A stretch of DNA of 47,878 nt, taken from the IMG/VR virus record IMGVR_UViG_3300020045_003187, positions 1-47,878 of that record, one strand, 5' to 3'. Under the pieces are notes generated by a model. That model was given only the letters and a program-made list of their open reading frames with translations, had not been told where the DNA came from and did not search any database. Numbering within the stretch: position 1 is the stretch's first letter; the number at the start of each line of letters is the position of its first letter. Position numbers and translations under genes: made by a program. Of this stretch, positions 1-9,987 are shown piece by piece. This stretch comes from a virus (taxonomy: Duplodnaviria; Caudoviricetes).

Positions 1-902
1 TTATAACCTGCTTTTGTTGTAAAACCATTAATTGCAGCATTATGCCATTTATCACTTATTTCAAATACGTGAGGAACTTTTTCACCTCTACCTACGAATA
101 TGAATTTAAATGGTGCTAATATATAATCAACCAATCCTAATTGTTTACAAATACTATCAAATGATTTTGTATAAACTGCTTCTTGAAAATAATAACAATA
201 TTTAATAAAACTTTTTGTAAATTCATCAGCTTTTGATGAACCTGTTTTAATATCTTCCATATAAACGATTTTATTTGTGTGATCAATTGACATTTTATCA
301 ATTATACCTCTTAAATGAAAACCTTTATATTCATATTCAAATTTATACTGATAATAATTATAAAAATTATTATTAAATAAATGATAAGTGTGTTTATGAT
401 TTAATAATAAATTTACACATTCTTCAGCATCTTCTGATTCTTTTTGTGTAACTACAATTTTATCTTTTGTTTCAAGTTTAATCTTAACATAATCCCAAAA
501 TTCAGGTTTATCAAAATTAGCTACTAACTTATCTTCAGTTTTAATATTACTCCAAAATCCATTATGTTTTATAATTTTTAAAACTGTATCTTTATCAGGT
601 ATTTTATCATAATTATCAATAATAATATCACATACTGTACCTAATGTTGCAGTTGGTTTATTATCATCATAAACAACATATAAATCTTTACATAAATTAT
701 TATTTGTAACTTTATCTACTAATAAATCATCTACATAAGAGCCAAATCTTAACCCGTCACCCTCTGGATTAGAAGGACGGATTAAGGCTTTTGGTCCATT
801 TCTATCAAAGTCACTAATACGTGAATATGATAATTTTAAGTCTATAACTTCTTCATCATTCAGTAATTGTTCTAACTTGTTCTCTTTCTTTATCTCTTTC
901 AT
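1..902 (-). CDS. PD-(D/E)XK exonuclease (RecE/ExoVIII-like), runs off the window start
   Basis: Not in the ORF track. Read by hand from ATG 902: MKEIKKENKLEQ..LSYSRISDF..FGSYVDDLL..LRGIIDKMSID..YMEDIKTG..YYFQEAVY, which carries the D..D-x-K nuclease motif and QxxxY. Confidence 0.75.
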   Translation of the reverse strand, partial: MKEIKKENKLEQLLNDEEVIDLKLSYSRISDFDRNGPKALIRPSNPEGDGLRFGSYVDDLLVDKVTNNNLCKDLYVVYDDNKPTATLGTVCDIIIDNYDKIPDKDTVLKIIKHNGFWSNIKTEDKLVANFDKPEFWDYVKIKLETKDKIVVTQKESEDAEECVNLLLNHKHTYHLFNNNFYNYYQYKFEYEYKGFHLRGIIDKMSIDHTNKIVYMEDIKTGSSKADEFTKSFIKYCYYFQEAVYTKSFDSICKQLGLVDYILAPFKFIFVGRGEKVPHVFEISDKWHNAAINGFTTKAGY

Positions 903-1146
903 TTACAATTGTTAGCTCTATTACTAAATCCATTAGTGAATTACTATCTATTAATTGTTTTTTAATAACTTCATCATCTTCATCAAATGATAATTTCCAC
1001 TCTATATCTTCGATAAGTTTATCTAAATATATTCTAGCAAATGCATAATCCTCTAATATTAAATATGATTGTAATTTAATACATTCTTTGTCATTTAATG
1101 CAAAACAACATAATCCACTAATTTTTCGTAATAGTTCTTTTTTCAT
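856..1146 (-). CDS. hypothetical protein
   Basis: 96-aa ORF packed in the operon. Confidence 0.6.
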   Translation of the reverse strand: MKKELLRKISGLCCFALNDKECIKLQSYLILEDYAFARIYLDKLIEDIEWKLSFDEDDEVIKKQLIDSNSLMDLVIELTIVNERDKEREQVRTITE

Positions 1147-1148
1147 TT

Positions 1149-1625
1149 TTAAATTATTTTAATCCAGACACCTGCCTGATCCTTATTAATTGAATACCAT
1201 TCTAATTCTCTTATGTTATCTTCATTTGGTAAAATCCCATCAATTGTCATAATTGATGGGAATATAAATGATACATTATCATCAGGAATAATATCGTGTG
1301 CTGTAAGCAAATCGAATATAATTTCTGTTGCATTTCCCCAATCAAATAATCTTTTACTATCTCGAACAAAATGAAAGCATATTAATACAGGAAATCCTTT
1401 ATTTAATAATGCTTTTTTAAATTGTTCTCGAAGTTTTTCAAATTCATTTGGTCTTGTAACATATCCTAATACTGTTTTTTTACCAGAAGAATAACTTTGA
1501 ATTCCTAACTTTCTCAAATACTTTTTAACGGTAGGAGAGCTAAATATACCTTTATTAGTTTTAACTTTACTATTTTTTAAAGCAGGAGTGTTATAAGGAA
1601 CCCAAATTAATTCATTATTTACCAT
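1149..1625 (-). CDS. RusA-like Holliday junction resolvase
   Basis: PALKNS near the N-terminus; RDSKRLFDWGN..IFDLL..IIPDDN matches the RusA D-x-x-N..D..DD pattern. Confidence 0.7.
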   Translation of the reverse strand: MVNNELIWVPYNTPALKNSKVKTNKGIFSSPTVKKYLRKLGIQSYSSGKKTVLGYVTRPNEFEKLREQFKKALLNKGFPVLICFHFVRDSKRLFDWGNATEIIFDLLTAHDIIPDDNVSFIFPSIMTIDGILPNEDNIRELEWYSINKDQAGVWIKII

Positions 1626-2314
1626 ATAATTCTATTAAATTCTGGATAATTATTTTCTATATATTCATCTAATTGTACAAATATAGTTGAATAATCCATT
1701 AATGTTAAAAATGGATTTGTAATAATTTTATTTTTACTTTCATCAATATAACTAAGTAAATCTAAATTATCACCTGTTAAAAATAAATATACAATATTTT
1801 CTTTTCTTTTATTAATTTCTTGAATTACATTACGAATAAAATGTTTCCAAATAATTGTATAATCTTTATCTTTTTCAATACACATTGAACAATTTAAAAA
1901 TAACATATCATTATCACAATAATCACTAAGACTATTATCAAAATTAGTTATACTATATTGATTACCATATATTGTTTCATAAATACAATCTCTAAATTGT
2001 CTTAATTCTAAAGGTAAATCTTTAGTTAATATAGAAGAATCTTTTATACCTCTACCTATACCAGAAGATCTAATATCTTTAACAGGATTATTATCAATTA
2101 CTACAATTTTTACATCTTTTAAAGAACAATTGTTAAATGGTACAAATAATCTATTTTTCATTGGATAAACTTCTTTACCAGATAAATAAACTTGTTCTAT
2201 AAAAGTATTTAAATTTTCTGAATAATCAGATTCTAATAAATCAGATAAAGCTGTTGACCAATCTAAACCTAATTCTTTTCTCCAATTAATTTTATTTTTA
2301 GTAAGGGAGGTCAT
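1619..2314 (-). CDS. family-1 uracil-DNA glycosylase homologue, catalytically degenerate
   Basis: Colinear with UNG (VYP..LFVPF..LKDVKIVVI, LFLN, WKHF..VI..IN, terminal IIW), but GQDPY is DNNPV and HPSPLS is absent. Confidence 0.75.
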   Translation of the reverse strand: MTSLTKNKINWRKELGLDWSTALSDLLESDYSENLNTFIEQVYLSGKEVYPMKNRLFVPFNNCSLKDVKIVVIDNNPVKDIRSSGIGRGIKDSSILTKDLPLELRQFRDCIYETIYGNQYSITNFDNSLSDYCDNDMLFLNCSMCIEKDKDYTIIWKHFIRNVIQEINKRKENIVYLFLTGDNLDLLSYIDESKNKIITNPFLTLMDYSTIFVQLDEYIENNYPEFNRIIW

Positions 2315-4118
2315 CTACTTCTTTTTTAAAAGCATCATCTACTGATACTGGTTGTACTTTTTCTATTTGACTCATTATTCCAGGACTAGTTGAAATAGAT
2401 GCATCTGCACTATCATAATAAATAGGTGCAGAAAAAGATATATTATCTGATATACTTTGTCTTAATTGTTTAAGCATTTCTTCATTAAATGTAGAAGCAT
2501 TATTAGATATTGTTGAAGATTTTTTAGGTTTTGGTTTATAAACTCTAGGAGATTTTATATTATCTACATATTGTTCAATAAATGGATCTAAATAAGGATT
2601 TTTTCTAATCACTTGATTATTTAACCAATTAATATTAGTTGAAGCAGGTATTTCAGATTCAGTACCTAAAATATTACCTTTTAAAATTTGTCTTTCACAA
2701 TGATTTTTTCTTTTATTAATATAATCATATATTAAATTTCTAAAATGATTTATATTTGAAATATCATAATTATCAATTTGAGAAGATAAAATACCAAATA
2801 AATCATAATTATTTAAAAAAGATTTATTTCTTAATATTCTTTCTTGATTTTTTATTGTAAAATTAACCAACAAACTATTCATAAATATAAAAGGTAATAT
2901 TTTATTTATATCATATGTAGGAGTATGAATTCTAAATTCTATAGTTTGTTTATTACCAAATAATAATGGAATTATATTAAATAATAAATAACGTGGTCTA
3001 ATATTCCATTTTTGATTACCTTGTGGGTCTGCTGGATGACCTACGACATTTTCAAGATTATTTCCAATAGATTTAAAATCTTGACCCATTGATAAATAAT
3101 TATATAATACTCCAAAATTATTATCAATATTATCAGAACTAATAATAGGATCTAATTTTGATAAAATCCCAAAAGTTGGTAATGGTGCAGAATAATTTTT
3201 ATTTTTAATATGATAATTATATTTTTTATATAAAGGAAACATTTCAAACATTTCATCTTGAATTTTCATACCAACTTTAAAAAATGCTAATATAAATTCT
3301 TTTGTTCTTGGAATATTACCTAAATGTAAATGCAATGAACAAGTATTATCATCATATTCAGTTCTTTCTTTTAATACTTTAAGTATATCAGAAGTACATT
3401 GTAAACCTTTTTCACCTTCCATAGGAACAGTTACATATTCAATACCTGATATAGAACCATCTCTTAATGGAATTAATCCATATTTATCAAGAATTCTATT
3501 TGGAATAAACCCTTTAGTTGTTTCAAATTCTAAACCAAATGATAAATTTTCTAATAATGGAGCATAATTTCTAATACTTTTTGAAATTTCAGGATTATAA
3601 TTTTCATTATAATTTTTTAGATTATTTTCAATAATTCCCTTTGAGTCATATGGTAAACTATATTTATAATCTTTATTTGGAAGTAATAAAGTATTAAATT
3701 TATAAGAAGGAAGTTTTGATATATGATAAAAATTTCCAGTAGATAATTGTTCTCTATATTCTAAATTATTTTTAAATATTTCTGGATTAAATAAATAAAA
3801 ATGATTATTATTTTTATCTATAATTGTTGAATATTTTCCTATATTATTAAAATGACCTACAACTAATTCATTTTCTATTATATCAACAACTCCTTTAATT
3901 ATTATAGAACTATCAAAAACAATATATTGTTTTTCACTATAATTATATACAATAACACCTGTTTCTTCTCTATAGCATTTACCATTAATTAAGTAACAAT
4001 CTCCAGAATTTTGAATATTTATATCTCCTAATTTATAATAAACTTTATTAAATTTTCTACATTGAGAAATAGGAACTTCTTCCCCTTTTATAGTTATAAC
4101 TTTTTTTTCAGCACTCAT
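2298..4118 (-). CDS. putative amidoligase (Amidoligase_2, glutamate-cysteine ligase/GS fold)
   Basis: FGLEFET, DGSISGIEYVT, CSLHLHLG, TIEFR. Confidence 0.8.
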   Translation of the reverse strand: MSAEKKVITIKGEEVPISQCRKFNKVYYKLGDINIQNSGDCYLINGKCYREETGVIVYNYSEKQYIVFDSSIIIKGVVDIIENELVVGHFNNIGKYSTIIDKNNNHFYLFNPEIFKNNLEYREQLSTGNFYHISKLPSYKFNTLLLPNKDYKYSLPYDSKGIIENNLKNYNENYNPEISKSIRNYAPLLENLSFGLEFETTKGFIPNRILDKYGLIPLRDGSISGIEYVTVPMEGEKGLQCTSDILKVLKERTEYDDNTCSLHLHLGNIPRTKEFILAFFKVGMKIQDEMFEMFPLYKKYNYHIKNKNYSAPLPTFGILSKLDPIISSDNIDNNFGVLYNYLSMGQDFKSIGNNLENVVGHPADPQGNQKWNIRPRYLLFNIIPLLFGNKQTIEFRIHTPTYDINKILPFIFMNSLLVNFTIKNQERILRNKSFLNNYDLFGILSSQIDNYDISNINHFRNLIYDYINKRKNHCERQILKGNILGTESEIPASTNINWLNNQVIRKNPYLDPFIEQYVDNIKSPRVYKPKPKKSSTISNNASTFNEEMLKQLRQSISDNISFSAPIYYDSADASISTSPGIMSQIEKVQPVSVDDAFKKEVDDLPY

Positions 4119-4120
4119 TT

Positions 4121-6031
4121 TTATTTTGTATTAGGTTTTGTTTCAACAAAGTCTTTTAATGTATGACTTATTAAATTTAATGTATTTAATGCATTTTTAA
4201 CAATTTCGTTATCTTTCCAATCAGAAAGTTCAATAATTGTTTCAGATAATTCTTCAGAATGTCTTTCAAAAGATTCCATAATTAATTCTTTAATAAATGA
4301 TTCATCTTCTATTTCTTTAGCTACATCTTCAATTTTAATATTTTTTTCAAAAGTTTTAATAGCATCACAAGAATTATCAAATAATTCTTTGTCAAATTTA
4401 GCTATTTCTATAGTAGCTGGTAATATTATAATAGGTGTTTTAGATTTAGCAATTAAATCTTCTCTTTTAACCCATTTTGTTAATATACCATTACTAAAAT
4501 AATATATTTTTTCAAATCCTAATTCTGTTATATTTCCAGTAAAAGGAGTACCTTCAAACATTGCAATAGATATTTTTTGTTTAGGATCCATATCAATTAT
4601 AGGATGTTTAGAAATATAAGATAATATTTGATTATTAATATATTTAGCAGGTACTTTTAATTGATTTTTTAAAACCATAGCTCTATTATAATCTTCTAAA
4701 CTTTTTAATAAAACACCATTAGTAAAATAATGAAATTGTATATTATTAACATCTTTTTTAAATGGTACAAAATCTTCTTTATTTAATACATTATAATCAA
4801 ATGTTCCAGTTGTATAATTAAAAGGTAAACCTTTTATATTATTAATATATACATTTGATGTTAAAACATCAATACCTGCAAATTTAAAACCCCAATCTTT
4901 AATATATATGTATATACCATCTATAACAGTTCCATTTTCCCAATATCTTAAACTTTTAGAATAAACTTTATCTTTATAATTTGCAATAGGATAAATTGGC
5001 TCATCATTATGTAAATTAGTCATTGAATGACTAACTGGTTCAGGAAGATCTGTAGCTTTTTTTTCTCTTACGTCTTCATAATCTTCCCATTCACAATATT
5101 TATTACCCATATAACTAAATCTACTATTATATACGATTGCATCACTTTGTCCTGTTTGCAGCCGACTAACTTTATGCTTTTCAGCTTTTGCAAAATCACC
5201 ATCTGTAATAATATAAACAGTATTATAATCTATTTGCAAATCATCTTTTTTAGATGCTCCTAAAACAGTTAAACTATCTTTTAAAGATGAAAAAAACATA
5301 TTATTTTTACTTTTACAATAAACATTCATAGGTCTTTCTTCTATTTCAGTAGCAATAGTAGAACCTTTTGTTAATTTTGATGCACCTGACCATAAATATA
5401 ATTTATTTGGTTCATCAACCCAAGTCCAAGCTAAAGCAGCAGCTCCAATATATTCACTTAAAACGTGAAAAGTTTTAGTTTTATATAATATTTCACCTAA
5501 TATTTCACTATCAATTTTATCACGAGTTGTTTCATATGAATGACCGCCGTGAGATGTTTTTGTAATTTTTTCTGATAAATCAATATCATATTTTTTAGCT
5601 AATTCTTTATGATTTTTTAAAGTTCCATTATGGCAGAAAATCATTTCATAACTTTCACCATCTTTACTTGTACCAAATCCAAAAGGGTGAGCATTATCTT
5701 CTGTAATTGCCATACCATAACTAGGTTGTCTAGTATGACCAATTATAATTGGAGTTTTAGTAGGTTTAATTTCTCTATCTACTATAAAATCTGTATATAA
5801 TTTATCAAATCCAAGACCATATTGTACATCACCATCCCAAGATAATCCACAAGACATTTTACCACGTTCTATGTTATATATTCCTAAAATATGAACAGCA
5901 TTAACATCTAGATTTTTAGGTCTATTTGTAGATTGACCAAAAATTCCACAACTCAGTATATTTGATTTGTAACCAAATATAAAGTTATATATATATTGTA
6001 ATAATGCTAATATTAGAATTATTTTTACCAT
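4121..6031 (-). CDS. class II (Ntn) glutamine amidotransferase with long C-terminal region
   Basis: CGIFG, RG, GHTR, NAHPF, HNGTL, DSE motifs; Cys preceded by a 27-aa leader. Confidence 0.85.
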   Translation of the reverse strand: MVKIILILALLQYIYNFIFGYKSNILSCGIFGQSTNRPKNLDVNAVHILGIYNIERGKMSCGLSWDGDVQYGLGFDKLYTDFIVDREIKPTKTPIIIGHTRQPSYGMAITEDNAHPFGFGTSKDGESYEMIFCHNGTLKNHKELAKKYDIDLSEKITKTSHGGHSYETTRDKIDSEILGEILYKTKTFHVLSEYIGAAALAWTWVDEPNKLYLWSGASKLTKGSTIATEIEERPMNVYCKSKNNMFFSSLKDSLTVLGASKKDDLQIDYNTVYIITDGDFAKAEKHKVSRLQTGQSDAIVYNSRFSYMGNKYCEWEDYEDVREKKATDLPEPVSHSMTNLHNDEPIYPIANYKDKVYSKSLRYWENGTVIDGIYIYIKDWGFKFAGIDVLTSNVYINNIKGLPFNYTTGTFDYNVLNKEDFVPFKKDVNNIQFHYFTNGVLLKSLEDYNRAMVLKNQLKVPAKYINNQILSYISKHPIIDMDPKQKISIAMFEGTPFTGNITELGFEKIYYFSNGILTKWVKREDLIAKSKTPIIILPATIEIAKFDKELFDNSCDAIKTFEKNIKIEDVAKEIEDESFIKELIMESFERHSEELSETIIELSDWKDNEIVKNALNTLNLISHTLKDFVETKPNTK

Positions 6032-6042
6032 TTTTCATTATT

Positions 6043-6855
6043 TTATTTACTTAAAACTTCTGTTTTAATATTAGTAATTATTTCAATTTTATTTAATAAT
6101 TCTTGAGCAAGTTCTTTATTATTTGTATTAATTGCTTCTACAATATAAACACCTAATTCTTTAACTTCTTCAATTTTACTAGAATTAACTAAATTAATAG
6201 CTTTCATTGTAGTATTCCAAGACCATTGTAAAGATTCATCAGATTTAATCCAGAAATTAGATAAACTTCTGTATTCAATTCCATATTCTCTAAATCTAAA
6301 ACAACCTGCTTTACCATAAAGTTTTTTACGTTCTGTATCAAAATCTAATAAAACAGATTCTAAACCAACTGTAGCATCCATTGCTTTAACCATATCAAGT
6401 TGTTGTTCTTGTGTAGGATTATCCCAACCTATAGAAATATGTCCACCAGCACTTCGCATACTAGTTAAACTTAAATCAGCAGGTTCATTAATACATTCAT
6501 TCCATACATCAAAATCTGGTTCACAACCTGCAAGACGCGCAATATCGTTATCTAACTCAGATTCATTTAATGTAGCAGATGGTTGAATTGCTAAAGTACA
6601 TCCCATTCCAGAAACTAAAACTTCTAAATAATCTTTTACAAAATTATTATGATATATCCAATTTTCAACAGTTTTACAAGGTGGAATATTATATTCAATT
6701 GCAACATTATCTTCTTGAATAAAGTGACCATTTTCAGAAATAGCTTGAGGCTCCGATTTAGAGCCTCCTATTTTACCAATTGCTGAAATAATTTTATTAT
6801 CTTTTTGTAAAAATAATTCTGGATCTGTACCTAAAGTTATATTTTTAATTTTCAT
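6043..6855 (-). CDS. phiEco32-like COOH-NH2 ligase type 2
   Basis: LGTDPELFL, QEDNVAIEYNIPP, GCEPDFDVW, RSAGGHISIG, LYGKAGCFR, GIEYRSLSNFW. Confidence 0.9.
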   Translation of the reverse strand: MKIKNITLGTDPELFLQKDNKIISAIGKIGGSKSEPQAISENGHFIQEDNVAIEYNIPPCKTVENWIYHNNFVKDYLEVLVSGMGCTLAIQPSATLNESELDNDIARLAGCEPDFDVWNECINEPADLSLTSMRSAGGHISIGWDNPTQEQQLDMVKAMDATVGLESVLLDFDTERKKLYGKAGCFRFREYGIEYRSLSNFWIKSDESLQWSWNTTMKAINLVNSSKIEEVKELGVYIVEAINTNNKELAQELLNKIEIITNIKTEVLSK

Positions 6856-6874
6856 ATTTTTTTATAATTTTTTA

Positions 6875-7918
6875 TTAAATTGGTAAATTTTCTTTTTCTA
6901 ATTGTTTAAAATAATCTTCTTTAGTTTCCTCTTCTTCTTCGTGATAATCTTGATATTCTTCTTCATAATATTCTTCTTTTTCATCACTATGTAGATCATC
7001 TATATTCCAAGAATATATTGATTTATAAGGATTTGATGAAAGATTGTTTGAAATATTTGATTTTTTAAATTCTTGTAAATATTTATCAATTAAATTTAAA
7101 CACATTGTTGAAGTTCTTTTTTCACAATGATTCCATTCAGGATGTCCTTGAATACATAAAGAATTTGTGTTTTTATAATGAATAATTTCAGGTTCTAAAA
7201 AATTTTTTGGTAATTCAATTTCTTTATTATCTCCATTAAGATATGTATTACTTTGAAAATATTCAGAATAAGCAATCAATTCATAATCTTTTTCATTTAA
7301 ATTAAATGGATATAACATTTGATGATGAGAAGAAGTAATATTATATTTTAAACTACTTCTTACAATCATTGAATGGTCTCTACAATGACTTTCTACGTGT
7401 TGTATTAATTTACCACCACTTAAAACTGTCAATAGTTGACTTCCTCGGCATATTCCAAGTAGAAAAGAAATTCCTCTAAATTTATAGAAAGTATCCATTT
7501 CTTTTTGGTCTCTAATTTCACTAATATGAGTATATTTACCAACATTTTCACCATAATGTGCAGGATTAACATCTTCCCCACCTGTAAATAATACTAAATC
7601 AATATCTTTTGGATTTTTAACATCCTTTATTTTATGAACAATAATTTCATATTTTTCTTTTAAATATGATACATAATCTAAAGATGAAGTATCATCTGCA
7701 ATTACAATATTTAAAGATTGTTTTACTTCTGGTTCTCTAATAACGTCATTATGTAAATAATTATAAATAACTTCTACTTTTTCAAACATAGTACCACCTT
7801 CAATTTCATTATATAAAATAGCTGATATACAAGTATTTAAAAATATTTTAATTGTACTTTTATCAGTAGTTTCACATAAATCATACTTTTTTATTCTTTT
7901 TATTAATTCTGGATTCAT
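6875..7918 (-). CDS. class I glutamine amidotransferase / peptidase C26 (gamma-glutamyl hydrolase-like)
   Basis: TGGEDVNP, GICRGSQ, SHHQ, QGHPE (Cys-His-Glu triad); acidic tail. Confidence 0.85.
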   Translation of the reverse strand: MNPELIKRIKKYDLCETTDKSTIKIFLNTCISAILYNEIEGGTMFEKVEVIYNYLHNDVIREPEVKQSLNIVIADDTSSLDYVSYLKEKYEIIVHKIKDVKNPKDIDLVLFTGGEDVNPAHYGENVGKYTHISEIRDQKEMDTFYKFRGISFLLGICRGSQLLTVLSGGKLIQHVESHCRDHSMIVRSSLKYNITSSHHQMLYPFNLNEKDYELIAYSEYFQSNTYLNGDNKEIELPKNFLEPEIIHYKNTNSLCIQGHPEWNHCEKRTSTMCLNLIDKYLQEFKKSNISNNLSSNPYKSIYSWNIDDLHSDEKEEYYEEEYQDYHEEEEETKEDYFKQLEKENLPI

Positions 7919-8751
7919 TTATTATTATATTTATCTATTAATAATTTTGGTAAAATTTCTATATATTTTTTACCTGTAATATCACCAAATGATGGTGCCG
8001 AACAGCTTTCAAATATAACCCATTCAGGATTTTCTCTTTCAACTCCATCTTTAGCACCTTGAACACCTACATCAAATGCACAAATATCTAATCCTAAAGC
8101 ATCTTTTGCTTTAATACAATCTGCAACAATAGCATCCCAATTTTTAGGTTTTTTAAATGATGGGTTTTCTTCTAATATCCAATTACAAACATCGTCGTGT
8201 TTTTGCCAAGTATCTTCAGGTGCATCACTTTTAACTAATTTTCTACAAGTATAGAAACAACCAAATTTAGTTATATGTAATCTATATTCTCTAGTCATTT
8301 TAACAAACTCTTCAAATATATAACTACTAAGATTTTTATTTGGTAACCAAGCTTCCAATTCTTCTTTAGTATTAAATTTAGTATTGCCAATACCTCTTGA
8401 ACCAAAATGAGATTTAACCACTAAAGGAAAGGGTAAGATATCTAATGTACAATGAGAACCATCTAAAACGTCTTCAAATCGTTGTTGACCACTCATTATT
8501 GTAGGTATAAACCATTTAGCAGTTTTAACACCAGTGTTAGTAAATTTTTGTTTCATTAACAATTTAGAAGCAGAATTTTTAACTGCTTCTACTGTATTAA
8601 TTTCCAATCTACCATCAGATTCTGTTGACGAACCAAGTCTTATTACAGATCTAAATGGTAATAATGGTAATGTTTGATTCTTAGCTCTTAAAATAAAGTG
8701 TGATGGGTGACGTGATAAAATCAGAGGTCTAAATAATTTATATTTTTTCAT
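7915..8751 (-). CDS. ATP-grasp ligase (RimK-like)
   Basis: FPLVVKSHFGSRGIG, IFEEFV, EYRLH, ALGLDICAFDV, FESCSAPS. Confidence 0.85.
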   Translation of the reverse strand: MKKYKLFRPLILSRHPSHFILRAKNQTLPLLPFRSVIRLGSSTESDGRLEINTVEAVKNSASKLLMKQKFTNTGVKTAKWFIPTIMSGQQRFEDVLDGSHCTLDILPFPLVVKSHFGSRGIGNTKFNTKEELEAWLPNKNLSSYIFEEFVKMTREYRLHITKFGCFYTCRKLVKSDAPEDTWQKHDDVCNWILEENPSFKKPKNWDAIVADCIKAKDALGLDICAFDVGVQGAKDGVERENPEWVIFESCSAPSFGDITGKKYIEILPKLLIDKYNNK

Positions 8752-8879
8752 TTAACTTGAATTTCTTTAATTTTATAACTTTTATTATTTTTATATTTAT
8801 CAATATTTTTAGTAATAAATTGTTCTACTAAATAATAAGATCTATCATATAAATCATATTTTTGTACTAAATACCACAT
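8748..8879 (-). CDS. 43-aa small protein, not in ORF track
   Basis: MWYLVQKYDLYDRSYYLVEQFITKNIDKYKNNKSYKIKEIQVK; start overlaps the upstream stop (TAATG) and stop overlaps the downstream start (ATGA). Confidence 0.65.
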   Translation of the reverse strand: MWYLVQKYDLYDRSYYLVEQFITKNIDKYKNNKSYKIKEIQVK

Positions 8880-9574
8880 TATTCATCATTTAAAGTTAAT
8901 AAGTGTTTTATTAAAAATACTGTAGCAGGATCTGATGTGTCCTCTACGTGGTGTTGTGTCATATGACAAGGATAAAATGGATATGTAGTTGCAAATTCAA
9001 TTTCACTATCTGTAGTATGTCTAGCAAGAATAGTTACAATTTCTGGTTTTGTATCTTCATTTACAGTTTGATGATGACGACTATTAATTTTATATTCACC
9101 AGCTTTATGTTGTGTAACTTCTGCAAATCCTGGAATTATATGTTGATTTTCAAAATTAATACCGTGTACTAATTTTCCACCATCATTAGAAGGATTTGTT
9201 TCGTGATACATATGTTGATTAAGTTTACCACCAAATACTACATACATTGATTGCATACCTCTACAAGTAGCAAATATTGGAATATTAGCATCTATATATT
9301 TAGGTAATAGAAATCTATCAAATCTTTCTTTTTGCATACAAGGAGAACCTGTATAAATATGAGTATCATCTTCAGATGATAAATATCGATAAGGATCTAC
9401 ATCTTGACCACCTGGCATTACTAATAAATCTACATCTCTTACGTGTTTTTCAAATGGTGAAATTAAAGAAACTTCTCCAAATCGTTGCCAAAAGAATAGA
9501 TATGGTTTAGAAATTCCAAAACTATTTTCTCCCGTAAAATGTCCAACTATGGCTATTTTTTTTATATTATTCAT
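8879..9574 (-). CDS. second peptidase C26 / class I GATase
   Basis: PGGQDVDP, TCRGMQ, NSRHHQ, QHHVE. Confidence 0.85.
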   Translation of the reverse strand: MNNIKKIAIVGHFTGENSFGISKPYLFFWQRFGEVSLISPFEKHVRDVDLLVMPGGQDVDPYRYLSSEDDTHIYTGSPCMQKERFDRFLLPKYIDANIPIFATCRGMQSMYVVFGGKLNQHMYHETNPSNDGGKLVHGINFENQHIIPGFAEVTQHKAGEYKINSRHHQTVNEDTKPEIVTILARHTTDSEIEFATTYPFYPCHMTQHHVEDTSDPATVFLIKHLLTLNDE

Positions 9575-9579
9575 TATTT

Positions 9580-9987
9580 TTAATTATTTGTGACACTTGA
9601 CCACGATTTTTCTTCAGTTCTATATTTTGTCCAATCACCAGATTCTACAATAGAATCTTTTGATAATTCGCTTACATAAATATATGTAAAAGCTTTACCC
9701 CAAGGAGTATTAATTTCAATTCTATCATAAAAAGTTGATTTTTCTTCAGGACGATAACCTTCTAATCTATTTAAAGTTTCTAATGTATTTTCATCTACTT
9801 CATAAACTTCCATTATAACAGAAGTATTACCATTCAGTTTTAAACCTGGATAATAAGTTAATGAATGTAAAGTATATTCTGGTTCTGTTGAAAATGTTCC
9901 TTTATATATAGAATTTGATAAATAATATTCATAATTAGATTGTTTCTTACGTAAACTTCCGTAAACAGCTACTAAGTATTTTTTCAT
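9580..9987 (-). CDS. gamma-glutamylcyclotransferase (GGACT/AIG2-like)
   Basis: VAVYGSLR, YPGL, EVYEV, LNRLEG, FYDR, ESGDW. Confidence 0.9.
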   Translation of the reverse strand: MKKYLVAVYGSLRKKQSNYEYYLSNSIYKGTFSTEPEYTLHSLTYYPGLKLNGNTSVIMEVYEVDENTLETLNRLEGYRPEEKSTFYDRIEINTPWGKAFTYIYVSELSKDSIVESGDWTKYRTEEKSWSSVTNN

